A DNA stretch of 61,839 nt, counting the filler. It is 5 parts of 5 records of this genome, joined end to end, with 100 filler letters (N's around TTAATTAATTAA, not from the genome) between each part and the next. Parts side by side here need not be neighbours in the genome. Positions count along the whole stretch, not along the records: positions 47,790 to 56,539 come from SRR20825010_926; positions 56,640 to 61,839 come from SRR20825010_969; 3 more parts are not named here. One strand, 5' to 3'. The notes below the pieces were generated by a model that had not been told where the DNA came from, made no database searches, and worked only from the letters and a program-made list of their open reading frames with translations. Within the stretch, counting starts at the first letter, position 1. Each line of letters starts with the position of its first letter. Position numbers and translations under genes: made by a program. Positions 48,789 through 58,571 of the stretch are shown one piece after another.

Positions 48789-49949
48789 ATGGGAATAAAA
48801 ATGGAGGCCTTTCCGGCCCCGGATCAGCTTAAAAATGCAGTGCCAAAAACCGAAGAGCTGCAAACCGAGGAGCTGGCCGAACTGGAAGCGGCTGGCCCCA
48901 ACCTGATCAAGCAAGCTCGCCAAAAGCAAACCGTATTGGTCACCGGGCATGCTGGCTTTATCGGTTTTCACACGGCCAAAGCGCTGATGGAGCGTGGCGA
49001 CAAAGTGATCGGCTTTGATTCCCTGAACAGCCATTACGACACCCGGCTCAAGCGCGAGCGCTTGACCATGCTCGATGAAATTGCAAAGGCCACCGGTTCC
49101 AGGTACCACACTGTTCGTGCTGATCTGTGCGAGGGCAAGGCCCTGCATGAATGCCTGGAAACCTACAAGGTGCAGCGGGTTATTCACCTTGCCGGGCAAA
49201 CTGACAAGTTTTTGTCGCATGACAAACCTGCGGAATGTGTACAAAACAACATCAACAGTTTTGTGTCGCTGTTGGAGGCTTGCCGGCATTTCAAAATTCA
49301 CCACCTTACCTACGCCAGCAGCCATGCTGTGTACGGTGCCGGTTTTCAAAAGCCCATGAGTGAACGCGACAGCGCCAACCACCCGCAACGGCTTGATGCT
49401 GCCACCCAGCGTGCCTGTGAATTGATGGCGCATTCATATAGCCACCTGTTCAATTTGCCCACCACCGGTTTGCGGTTTTTCTCGGTGTACGGAACCTGGG
49501 GGCGGCCTGATTCGGTGTTGTTTGCATTCACCAAACGTATTCTTGAAGGCAAGCCCATTCAGATTTACAACGATGGCCGCAACACCCGCGACTACACTTT
49601 TGTGGCTGACCTGGTGGAGGCCATACTGCGCGCCAGCGACACTCCGGCAGAACCCAACCCTGTGTGGCTGGTTGAAGCACCCGACCAGGCCACCAGCAAT
49701 GCACCCTGGCGAATTTTAAATGTGGGAAATGGTTTGCCCGTTTCCATCGAGGAATTGATTGCTGCGCTGGAGCAGGCGTTGGGAAAAACGGCAGTCAAGG
49801 AATACATTACCGGCCCCATTCTCGAGAAAAGCCAAAGCTGTGCAGACACATCGGCGTTGTTCGAGGCAACCTTCTTCAAGCCAAAAACCCAGCTGAATGA
49901 GGGCATTGCGCAGTTTGTGGAGTGGTACCGGAATTACCATCAAGTTTGA
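48789..49949 (+). CDS. UDP-glucuronate-4-epimerase-like extended SDR with degenerate active site
   Basis: TGHAGFIG, GLRFFSVYG.WGRPD and RDYTFV; the YxxxK motif reads DAATQ. Confidence 0.8.
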   Translation: MGIKMEAFPAPDQLKNAVPKTEELQTEELAELEAAGPNLIKQARQKQTVLVTGHAGFIGFHTAKALMERGDKVIGFDSLNSHYDTRLKRERLTMLDEIAKATGSRYHTVRADLCEGKALHECLETYKVQRVIHLAGQTDKFLSHDKPAECVQNNINSFVSLLEACRHFKIHHLTYASSHAVYGAGFQKPMSERDSANHPQRLDAATQRACELMAHSYSHLFNLPTTGLRFFSVYGTWGRPDSVLFAFTKRILEGKPIQIYNDGRNTRDYTFVADLVEAILRASDTPAEPNPVWLVEAPDQATSNAPWRILNVGNGLPVSIEELIAALEQALGKTAVKEYITGPILEKSQSCADTSALFEATFFKPKTQLNEGIAQFVEWYRNYHQV

Positions 49950-50400
49950 TGGTGTTAAATCGTGCCAACTCGCCTTGCGTGTTGCTTATTTCCTTTTGGG
50001 TTTGCTCGCATTGCGCAAGGCTGGCGTTCAACAGTTCCCCCAAGGCCATGGTTTGGCTTGAAAACGCCCGGCACTTTTTCCAGGTTTGATAATCTTCCTG
50101 ACTTTCTGCAATCAGAGGCGGGTCGCCAAGGTGCGAAGCGTTCCGGGACAGGAAACTGTTTCTCCGCAGTTGTTCTTCTTCAAATGCCTGGTGTCGGCTT
50201 ACCTGGTTTGCCAGCGTTATTTCCTGTTTGCGAAGTTCTGTGTCCAGTCGCTGCGCTTCCTGATGCATGAACTTGCTCACGGGAAGACAGGTTTGTGGGT
50301 GATGAATTGCGCGTGTGTGCACATCTACAGGCGGTAATATTTCCCGCGGCGGCGTGTTGTCGTAAACCAATGGTTGTGTTGAATCGGTGTAAGTTGGCAC
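49876..50400 (-). CDS. Hypothetical protein, helical/coiled-coil
   Basis: Longest ORF filling the gap; Q/E-rich; overlaps the epimerase 3' end by 74 nt. Confidence 0.35.
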   Translation of the reverse strand: MPTYTDSTQPLVYDNTPPREILPPVDVHTRAIHHPQTCLPVSKFMHQEAQRLDTELRKQEITLANQVSRHQAFEEEQLRRNSFLSRNASHLGDPPLIAESQEDYQTWKKCRAFSSQTMALGELLNASLAQCEQTQKEISNTQGELARFNTIKLDGNSGTTPQTAQCPHSAGFLA

Positions 50401-50583
50401 GGGCTGGTCGCTTTTTAAGTGGATTCACATGAACGTTTATGCTTGTTGAGTGGCTGCGGTGGCTTTGCAGGTTCCCCTGTTTTGTCGCAGTGTCGGCAAC
50501 CCGACACTTGGCCCACATCTAATTCCTGTCACATCCCGGTAACAAAGGGATACAAAACCAATACCGTGGCAGGAGACAACACA

Positions 50584-52689
50584 ATGACAGCAGTGCCCTT
50601 TTCCAAGTTATTCAGCGCAACCTTGTTGGCCGCTGCAACCCTGGGTTTGGTGGCTTGCGGCGCCGAGGATCAAACGACCAGCGCTGGCGGCACAAGCGGC
50701 ACGGGCAATTCAACCAGCCCGGCCGAACAGGCCGAACCGCCCGTCGCCTTGTTTGCAAATGCTGCAAATCCCGATTTCAGTGCAAGCCCACGAGAATTTG
50801 ACGCACCCGCCTGCGAAAACGCAGACCAACCCCGCACGGGTGGTGGTGTGTACAGCGTCAATTTGCAATCCGCCAGCGGGCAAAACATTGCGTTTTCTGT
50901 ATTCGAACCTGCAAATATTGATTGTGCCAATGGCAACCCCTTGGTGTTGCATGGCCATGGTTATGGTGGTTCGCGCTCGCAGTCACCCAGTGGAATTCTC
51001 AAGCGCTTGGTCGACAACGGCGCAGGCGTGATCAGCATTGACCAACGCGGTTTTGGTGAAAGCGGTGGCACAGTGCGTGTGCTGGATCCCGACTTCGAAG
51101 GTCAAGACCTGCTGCAAATTCTGGACTGGGCCGAAGCCAATCTTGACTGGCTGCGTTACAGCAACAAAAAACCGGTGGGTGGTAAAAAATTCAACCCGGT
51201 AATCGGCGCCACGGGTGGCAGTTATGGCGGCGGCTATCAGCTGTTGATTCACAACATTGACCCCAAGAAGCGCCTGGACGTGTTGACCCCCGACATTGCC
51301 TGGAACGATTTGCGCTACAGCCTGAACCCCGGCGGTGTCTACGGCATTGAAAATTTTCAGCCAGTGGAAGGCGGGGTCAAACCCATCGGTACTGTTAAAT
51401 CGGGCTGGGCTTTGTTGTTGGTGGCGGGCGGTGAATCGGGTTCATCCCAAAACGACGGGCAAGACAACCTGATCCGAGAAACGCTGTTGCGTGGTGCAAG
51501 CGCCAACCGTTTCCCCGAAGGTGCGCTTGAATTCTTCCGTTACCACAGCCCTAGCTACTGGTGCGATCCTGAAGCTGCTGGCGCTCAAACCTTCCTGCAA
51601 AGTGAAGTAACACCGGGCCTTGCACAAAAAACGCCCGACCCCGTGGACATTCTGTTTACCCAAGGCTTTCGCGACACCCTGTTCAATTTCAACGACGCAC
51701 TGCACAACTTCAGCTGCTACCGCGCACTTGAAGACAAGAAAGGCAAGAAAGCCGATGTACGTTTGATTACCCATCAAAGCGGCCACATCTTGCCCGTGTC
51801 CGCATCCGCTGTGCCCGGTTTGGCCAGCCTGACAGAACAAGGTGTTTTGAATGAAATGGAGTTTCAGAAACCCGGTGGGCCTTTTGCCTGTGGCGAACTG
51901 GGCATTGCGGATGCGCAGTTTGCATTCCTGGTCGACAAATTGTTTACACCCGCCGAGGCCGAAGCAATCAAAGCAGCCGACGCATCCAATGCATTCGATC
52001 TGCTGGCTGCCAACAAGGGCAAAGTGTGTTTAAGCCTGAACGACGATGTGGGGCAGGGCGCCGCGTCTGAAAATGCCGCAGTGTGGGTCAATGAAAATAC
52101 ACTGTTCAACAACCTTGCGCCCAAAGCCAAGGGCCAGGCCACGCAGTCTGCTGTTGGGTCAATCGCGATTGATTTCACCCCAGGCGCTGAACCCACCACC
52201 GTGTTGACCAGCGCAGCCACAGGTATTTTGCGTTACCCCTTCGCGCCAGCGGTCATGCCGATTGAATTGCCCGCAGGTGTGAACACTGTGGCAGGTGTTC
52301 CGACCGCAACTTTGGAAATTGCGCCGCCCGTGGACATGGTCATGAACCCCGTGTGCAGTGAAATTTATGCCGCCACGGCCATGTCGCCCATCGGCTTGGT
52401 GGGGCTGGAGCCCGGTTGTGATCCCATGTTGTTCCTTGGCCTGGGTGTAAACCGCAACGGTGCATGGCGCTTGATCGACGACCAAGTGACCCCAATTCGC
52501 GGTTTTGGCAAACGCCATGTTGAATTGACCGGCGTGGCTGAAAAACTGGCCGAAGGCGAATCATTGGGCTTGCTGGTGTATGGGTACCACCCGCAATACC
52601 CGGCCACCTCATCGCGCGACCTTCTAACGCCAATCGTTGCGCTACGCGGCACTTTGAATTTGCCCGCACTGCAAAATTTAATGCCATAA
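50584..52689 (+). CDS. Lipoprotein alpha/beta hydrolase (CocE/NonD, peptidase S15-like)
   Basis: AGGAG RBS, lipobox LVAC, HGYGG, DQRGFGESGG and nucleophile GGSYGG. Confidence 0.82.
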   Translation: MTAVPFSKLFSATLLAAATLGLVACGAEDQTTSAGGTSGTGNSTSPAEQAEPPVALFANAANPDFSASPREFDAPACENADQPRTGGGVYSVNLQSASGQNIAFSVFEPANIDCANGNPLVLHGHGYGGSRSQSPSGILKRLVDNGAGVISIDQRGFGESGGTVRVLDPDFEGQDLLQILDWAEANLDWLRYSNKKPVGGKKFNPVIGATGGSYGGGYQLLIHNIDPKKRLDVLTPDIAWNDLRYSLNPGGVYGIENFQPVEGGVKPIGTVKSGWALLLVAGGESGSSQNDGQDNLIRETLLRGASANRFPEGALEFFRYHSPSYWCDPEAAGAQTFLQSEVTPGLAQKTPDPVDILFTQGFRDTLFNFNDALHNFSCYRALEDKKGKKADVRLITHQSGHILPVSASAVPGLASLTEQGVLNEMEFQKPGGPFACGELGIADAQFAFLVDKLFTPAEAEAIKAADASNAFDLLAANKGKVCLSLNDDVGQGAASENAAVWVNENTLFNNLAPKAKGQATQSAVGSIAIDFTPGAEPTTVLTSAATGILRYPFAPAVMPIELPAGVNTVAGVPTATLEIAPPVDMVMNPVCSEIYAATAMSPIGLVGLEPGCDPMLFLGLGVNRNGAWRLIDDQVTPIRGFGKRHVELTGVAEKLAEGESLGLLVYGYHPQYPATSSRDLLTPIVALRGTLNLPALQNLMP

Positions 52690-52746
52690 TCCGCCTGTTA
52701 ATTGATTCCATGCAGCGCCCACTTTATGTGGGCGCGCTTATTTCCA

Positions 52747-53406
52747 TTGAAAACACAGGCCAAAGCAGAAGCAGTAGAAAATACCCAAGGTGTGCGCCCT
52801 GCCATGCAGGCGCGCAGTTTGAAAAAAAGGCACGATCTTCTGAAAGCGGGGCGCAAACTGCTGCATACCCGTGTGCTTGAAGAAATTTCCATCAAAGACA
52901 TTTGTGCCGAGGCCAGTTGTACCGTTGGTTCTTTCTACAGCCGCTTTGAAGACAAGGAAAGCTACTTCGATGCGCTGATCGCCGAAAGCTGCCAGGAATT
53001 GCTGATGAGCGCAGCCAGCCAGTTTGACGACCGCAACTGGGTCGGCGTGGGTGGCAAGCTGATTTGCGATGAAGTGGTCAGCTTTCTTGTCGGTATTTTT
53101 CAGGGTGAATACAGTTCAATCCTGACCGAGGCTTTCATTCGCGAATCCAAGGGGTTTATTGAATCAACTCCCATGCGAGATGTCGGTTTTGGCTTCATCA
53201 CCACCGTGTCCAAACCTCTGCTGCCATATATCGACAGTGCTTTTCACCCAGACCCCATGCGGGCCTTGGCTTTTGTTATCCAGGTTGCGTACGGTGCCTT
53301 GCACAATGCACGCCTGCGCGATGCTGGGCCGGTAAAATTCAGAACGGCAGAATTTGAAGCCCGGCTTCAGGACTTGGTCAGTAGTTACCTTGGAATCAAG
53401 TCATAG
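52747..53406 (+). CDS. TetR family regulator (start uncertain)
   Basis: QARS....LL.AG...ISIKDIC..A..TVGSFYSRFEDKE HTH. Confidence 0.85.
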   Translation: MKTQAKAEAVENTQGVRPAMQARSLKKRHDLLKAGRKLLHTRVLEEISIKDICAEASCTVGSFYSRFEDKESYFDALIAESCQELLMSAASQFDDRNWVGVGGKLICDEVVSFLVGIFQGEYSSILTEAFIRESKGFIESTPMRDVGFGFITTVSKPLLPYIDSAFHPDPMRALAFVIQVAYGALHNARLRDAGPVKFRTAEFEARLQDLVSSYLGIKS

Positions 53407-53785
53407 TAATCCCTGTAGTGAAATTACTACTAAATTACATTGATTGACAAAACACGCAACATTTCATGTTACTCCAGTGGTACATTTTTAGATAAGGCGC
53501 TCTAATTTACTAAAACTGTAATTATGGTTTTATTTTTATTGGCGCTGCTTTACACTAATCAAAAAATGAATACATAGCATCAATCAAGGTGCATTACTGG
53601 AGGTGACATGTCTTATTTCTCAATAGGTTCTCGAAGTTCCCCATGAAAGTTGCGCCGCGCCTTTTGCAGGCCGGAACAACTATTCGATTTTTCAGTTGAT
53701 TTTCGGACATTCTCTATGAAGGAGCATGTTCGGCAATAGCAGGTGCTTCCCGCATCTGCCTACTCGATAATTACCTGGGGGCTAC

Positions 53786-55630
53786 ATGAACACACATCTT
53801 TTTAAAAAAACAAAAACAAGCACGGCCGTGCGCAACATGATTGCAGTGGGGCTTTTTGCAGCGGCTGTAATGCCTGCAAGCGCAGCTGAATTTCAAATTG
53901 GTGATTTCGACCTGAGTGTGAACTCGACGGTTTCCGCCGGTACCAGTTTCCGTCTTGAGGGGCAGGACCTTGCACTGATCGGCCGCAACAACACCACGGC
54001 CAGCGGCCAACGTGGCACAGGTTTGTCCAATACCGGCGATGATGGCAATTTGAACTTCCAGAAAGGCGACACGTTTTCCACCATTGTGAAAGGCGTTCAC
54101 GACTTTGACTTGAAGAAAGACAACTACGGTTTCTTTTCCCGCGTGAAGTGGTTCTACGATTACACCTTGAGCAAAAAAGATGTGTTCCACGGCCATGAGC
54201 CAACAGGAAACGCCCGTAACCAGCGTTTGGAAGACAGCGGCTTTCATCCTTATGCACGTTTTGATGGCATCGATTTGCTGGATGCGTTTGGCTATATCAA
54301 TACCGACATTGGTGGAAAACCACTCGACTTGCGTTTGGGCAAACAGGTGATCAGTTGGGGTGAAAGTACATTCATTCTTAGCCCCATTGCAGGCTTGAAC
54401 ACGATCGACGTGTCCGCGTTCCGCCGCCCCGGTGCAGAACTGAAAGAAGGTTTCACTCCTTCTGAAATGTTGTACGCCAACTACGGTTTGACTGACACCA
54501 CCAGCCTTGAAGGTTTTGTGCAATTGAAGTGGCGCAAAACTGTGCCTGAGGGTTGTGGTACTTATTTCTCGACTTCCGATTTTGTTGCCGACGGTTGCGA
54601 TCGTTTGGCGTTTAATGCAAACCCCGTGGCGCCCGGAGTTTTCTTGCCAGATCAAACACAACTTGGAGCCGGCGTATTTGTAAAGCGTGTTGAAGATCGT
54701 CAACCTGATGACGGCGGTCAGTTTGGTCTAGCCCTGCGCAGTTATTTTGAATCGCTGGACGCTGAACTGGGCGTCTATGCCATGCAATACCACAGCCGTT
54801 TGCCACTGGCCAGTTTGAGTAAAGGCAATTTGGGGACAACACCAACGGCTCCAACCGCTGGAACTACATTTGGACCCACTGCAAGCTCTGGTTACGTGAT
54901 CGATTATCCGGAAGACCTTCAGGTATTTGGTGCCAGTTTTGCGACCAACGTGGGCGGTTGGGCTTGGTCGGGTGAAGTTTCCATGGCCAAAGACCTGCCA
55001 ATCCAGATCAACGCGAACGATTTGCTTGCCGCAGGTTTGACCAACGGTGCACCCGGTAGTGCTCCATCTGCTGTGGCAACGCGAATTAACAGTGCACCCA
55101 ACAACACGATCGTCAATGGTTTCGATCGTTTCGATGTCACTCAAATCCAGAACACATTCATTAAAACCTTTGACCGCGCTTTGGGTTCAAGCCAGGTGGT
55201 GTTTGTTGGTGAAGTTGCCGCAATATTTGTAGAGGACCTACCCGAAGTAACGACAAGTAACGCCACTTCAGGCACTCGTTATGGACGCGCTGCAGTGTTT
55301 GGCTCGGCTGGCGCAAGCGGCGACAAAAACGGTTTCGTGACCGAGTTTGCCTGGGGTTATCGCCTGCGCACACAAGCCACTTATCGCGATGTGTTTTTGG
55401 GCACCGACTTGATTCCAAGTATTGTTTGGTCTCATGACGTGGATGGTTATTCACCAGAACCTGGTCAGGCCTTCAACGAAGGCCGTCAGTCGGTTGGTTT
55501 GGGTTTGGGTTTTGAATTTGATGCCAACACAAGGGCTTCAATCAATTACACCACCTTCACCAATGCTGCCAATTACGATGTGCTTCGCGACCGCGATTTC
55601 ATCACGCTCAGCGCATCTTACTCATTCTAA
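53786..55630 (+). CDS. DUF1302 family outer-membrane protein
   Basis: Signal peptide, DDGNLNF, RLGKQVISWGES, and terminal DRDF..LSASYSF. Confidence 0.88.
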   Translation: MNTHLFKKTKTSTAVRNMIAVGLFAAAVMPASAAEFQIGDFDLSVNSTVSAGTSFRLEGQDLALIGRNNTTASGQRGTGLSNTGDDGNLNFQKGDTFSTIVKGVHDFDLKKDNYGFFSRVKWFYDYTLSKKDVFHGHEPTGNARNQRLEDSGFHPYARFDGIDLLDAFGYINTDIGGKPLDLRLGKQVISWGESTFILSPIAGLNTIDVSAFRRPGAELKEGFTPSEMLYANYGLTDTTSLEGFVQLKWRKTVPEGCGTYFSTSDFVADGCDRLAFNANPVAPGVFLPDQTQLGAGVFVKRVEDRQPDDGGQFGLALRSYFESLDAELGVYAMQYHSRLPLASLSKGNLGTTPTAPTAGTTFGPTASSGYVIDYPEDLQVFGASFATNVGGWAWSGEVSMAKDLPIQINANDLLAAGLTNGAPGSAPSAVATRINSAPNNTIVNGFDRFDVTQIQNTFIKTFDRALGSSQVVFVGEVAAIFVEDLPEVTTSNATSGTRYGRAAVFGSAGASGDKNGFVTEFAWGYRLRTQATYRDVFLGTDLIPSIVWSHDVDGYSPEPGQAFNEGRQSVGLGLGFEFDANTRASINYTTFTNAANYDVLRDRDFITLSASYSF

Positions 55631-55657
55631 GAACAGAGACACACTGGAGGAATTTTT

Positions 55658-56539
55658 ATGTTGAAGTTTCAAACAAAACTCACAGCACTGGCTCTGGCAA
55701 GCCTGTTTGCTGTTGGCACCGCGCAGGCGGCGGTCAGCGCGCAAGAAGCTGCAAAGCTGGGCACTACCCTGACTGAATTCGGTGCGGAAAAAGCAGGCAA
55801 TGCTGCCGGCACCATTCCAGCCTACACGGGTGGTTTGACCAAGGCCCCGGCTGGCTACAAAACAGGTCAGCACCTTGTTGATCCGTTTGCCAATGAAAAG
55901 CCTTTGTTCACCATCACAGGTGCCAATGCTGATCAGTACAAGGCGAACCTGTCCCCAGGTCAGCTGGAAATGCTGAAGAAGTACCCCACATTCAAAATGA
56001 ATGTGTACCCCACACACCGCAGTACGGCCTACCCGAAAAAAGTACTGGACGCAGCCAAGAAAAACGCGACCAATGCCAAAACCGAAAACGGTGGCAACAG
56101 CGTGGTTGGTTTCGAGCAGGCCATTCCTTTCCCAATGCCACAGAATGGTGTTGAGGTGATCTGGAACCACTTGACACGTTACCGTGGTGGCGCGGCCAAG
56201 CGCGATTTCGTGCAAGTACCTGTTGAACGCGATGGCAGCTACATCATCAACCGCATTGAAGACACGCTGGTGTTTCCGCGCAACCTGCCCAATTTCTACA
56301 AGGCCGGTGAAGATGAAAACATCAACTTCTACTTCTACCAAATCCTGAAGAGCCCGGTTTCTGTGTCCGGCAACGTGCTTTTGGTACACGACACGCTTGA
56401 TCAGGTAAAAGAAGGTCGCCGTGCTTGGGCCTACAACGCAGGTCAGCGTCGTGTGCGCCGTGCGCCCCAGGTGGCTTACGACTCACCAGGAACTGCAGCA
56501 GACGGCTTGCGCACCACCGACAACTACGACCTGTATAAC
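55658..56539 (+). CDS. DUF1329 family exported protein, 3' partial
   Basis: LG..LT.FGAEKAGNA.GTIP.YTGG, PFP.P..G.E..WN and GQRRVRRAP. Confidence 0.9.
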
Positions 56540-56639
56540 NNNNNNNNNNNNNNNNNNNNNNNNNNNNNNNNNNNNNNNNNNNNTTAATTAATTAANNNNN
56601 NNNNNNNNNNNNNNNNNNNNNNNNNNNNNNNNNNNNNNN
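56540..56639. other. Artificial contig linker
   Basis: N44-TTAATTAATTAA-N44. Confidence 0.97.
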
Positions 56640-56824
56640 CACTGTCAACTTTTCGTGGGCAATTCCAAATAAGTTATCTGAATGACGTGGTATCTCAAGG
56701 TTCCTTGATTCCCACCCGCTAGGATTGTGCCTGTTGAGGCGGGTGGTTTGACGGGCATTTTGCCACTCAATCGCGAGCCTCTCTTTCCCGCCGCGTCCAA
56801 CTTCGCAACGTCTCCAGGCTAAAC

Positions 56825-58471
56825 ATGAACCGTGTCATCTGCACTTCGACATCATCCTTTCAGACGGTTTGTCAAAGACTTTTCCGGACGGCGCTGTGGA
56901 TCACTTGTGCGATCGTGACACTGGCGTCGTCTGGATGGTCGGCTGCGGAAGATCGTCCGAACATCGTGGTGATCATGGTGGACGACATGGGATTTTCGGA
57001 CATCGGACCGTACGGCAGTGAAATCCCAACGCCGCACTTGGATGCGTTGGCCGCAAACGGTGCCAAGTTCTCTCAGTTCTACAACACCGGTCGTTGTTGC
57101 CCGACGCGAGCCACTTTGCTCACCGGGCTCTACTCTCATCAAACTGGGATTGGTTGGATGACAACGGACCAAAAGGTGGAAGGGTATCGAGGTCGACTCA
57201 ATGATCAGTGTGTCACGATTGGCGAAGTTCTTGGGCAAGCCGGCTACTTCACCGCGATGACGGGAAAATGGCATGTGGGTTTCAAGCAGGGAGTCACGCC
57301 TTGGGGGCGAGGGTTTGATCGAAGTTTGAATTTGCCGGCTGGTGGTTTGCACTTTTTCAATCAGACGGGATCCAAGGGAGGCACCAAACTGTTTCTCAAT
57401 GGTCACGAGGTTGCCAAGGACGATCCGCAATTCGATCCACCGTGGTACGGATCCGACCTGTGGACCGAGCAAGGGATCGAGTTCATCGACGAAGCGATCG
57501 CGGAAGACAAGCCGTTTTTCTGGTACCTCGCCCATGTCGCACCCCATTTTCCGTGCATGGCGCCGGAAGCAACGATCGCGAAGTATCGCGGCAAGTACAT
57601 GGACGGCTGGGACAAGTTGCGAGAGGAACGGTACGCGCGCCAGATCCAATCCGGGTTGATTGACGCAAGTTGGAGTTTGGAACCTCGGCCCGAGCAAATC
57701 CCCGCGTGGGAATCGTTGTCGCAAGAAGAAAAGGAACGCTACGACGACATGATGGCGATCTATGCGGCGATGATCGAAGAGGTCGACAAGAACATTGGAA
57801 AGTTGGTGTCTGCTTTGGACAGTCGCGGCAAACTCGACAACACGTTGATCCTATTTTTGTCTGACAACGGCGGCAACGCGGAGGCTGGTGTGAGTGGCCG
57901 ATACGAAGGCGACTCACCGGGTGACCCGCATTCCGACGTGTTCATCGGCCGTTGTTGGGCTCACTTGAACAACACGCCTTTTCGCAAGTACAAGCATTAC
58001 AACCACGAAGGCGGCATCGCGACGCCGTTGATCGCGCATTGGCCGGCCAAGATTCAGCCATCAACCGACCAGAAGGCTTGGATCAAAACGCCCACCCATG
58101 TCATTGACTTGATGGCGACGTGTGTTGATTTGGCGAAGGCGGAGTACCCCACTCAGGTCAAGGGCAACGAGATTCACCCGCTCGAAGGTCAGAGTCTTCA
58201 GCCATTGCTGACAGGTCAAGGCGAATTCGCAGAGCGTGCTTTGTACTGGGAACACGAAGGCAATGCCGCAGTCCGTGTTGGCAACCGCAAGTTGGTTCGC
58301 CAAGGCGCGCGAGGAGAATGGGAGTTGTTCGATCTGGATGCCGATCGAACCGAGCAAGTCAACCTTGCCGCTGAAAACCCTGACGAAGTTTCCAACCTGC
58401 AAAAGCAATGGCGACAATGGGCAAAAAGCCACCAAGTGCTCCCCAAGCCGACTAAAAAGAAGAAGAAGTAG
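56825..58471 (+). CDS. Exported Cys-type arylsulfatase
   Basis: Signal peptide, PNIV...DDMG, CCPTRA.LLTG, GKWH, SDNG and HEGG motifs. Confidence 0.93.
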   Translation: MNRVICTSTSSFQTVCQRLFRTALWITCAIVTLASSGWSAAEDRPNIVVIMVDDMGFSDIGPYGSEIPTPHLDALAANGAKFSQFYNTGRCCPTRATLLTGLYSHQTGIGWMTTDQKVEGYRGRLNDQCVTIGEVLGQAGYFTAMTGKWHVGFKQGVTPWGRGFDRSLNLPAGGLHFFNQTGSKGGTKLFLNGHEVAKDDPQFDPPWYGSDLWTEQGIEFIDEAIAEDKPFFWYLAHVAPHFPCMAPEATIAKYRGKYMDGWDKLREERYARQIQSGLIDASWSLEPRPEQIPAWESLSQEEKERYDDMMAIYAAMIEEVDKNIGKLVSALDSRGKLDNTLILFLSDNGGNAEAGVSGRYEGDSPGDPHSDVFIGRCWAHLNNTPFRKYKHYNHEGGIATPLIAHWPAKIQPSTDQKAWIKTPTHVIDLMATCVDLAKAEYPTQVKGNEIHPLEGQSLQPLLTGQGEFAERALYWEHEGNAAVRVGNRKLVRQGARGEWELFDLDADRTEQVNLAAENPDEVSNLQKQWRQWAKSHQVLPKPTKKKKK

Positions 58472-58571
58472 TCAGGCATGCACAACCTGCTGACGTTGTA
58501 GGCACCGTCGCCAGACGGTTTTTGTATTCTGGTGGACGGGCTGCGTTAGTGCTTGTTATGTCGGGAGAACG

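Noticed and set aside
16815-56639. Apparent mer + cop + ars super-island, two sulfatases plus cysC as one pathway, and the recurring TTAATTAATTAA
   Set aside because: Four identical N-padded linkers are assembly spacers. The segments differ in composition and probably in organism, so cross-linker associations are artefacts.
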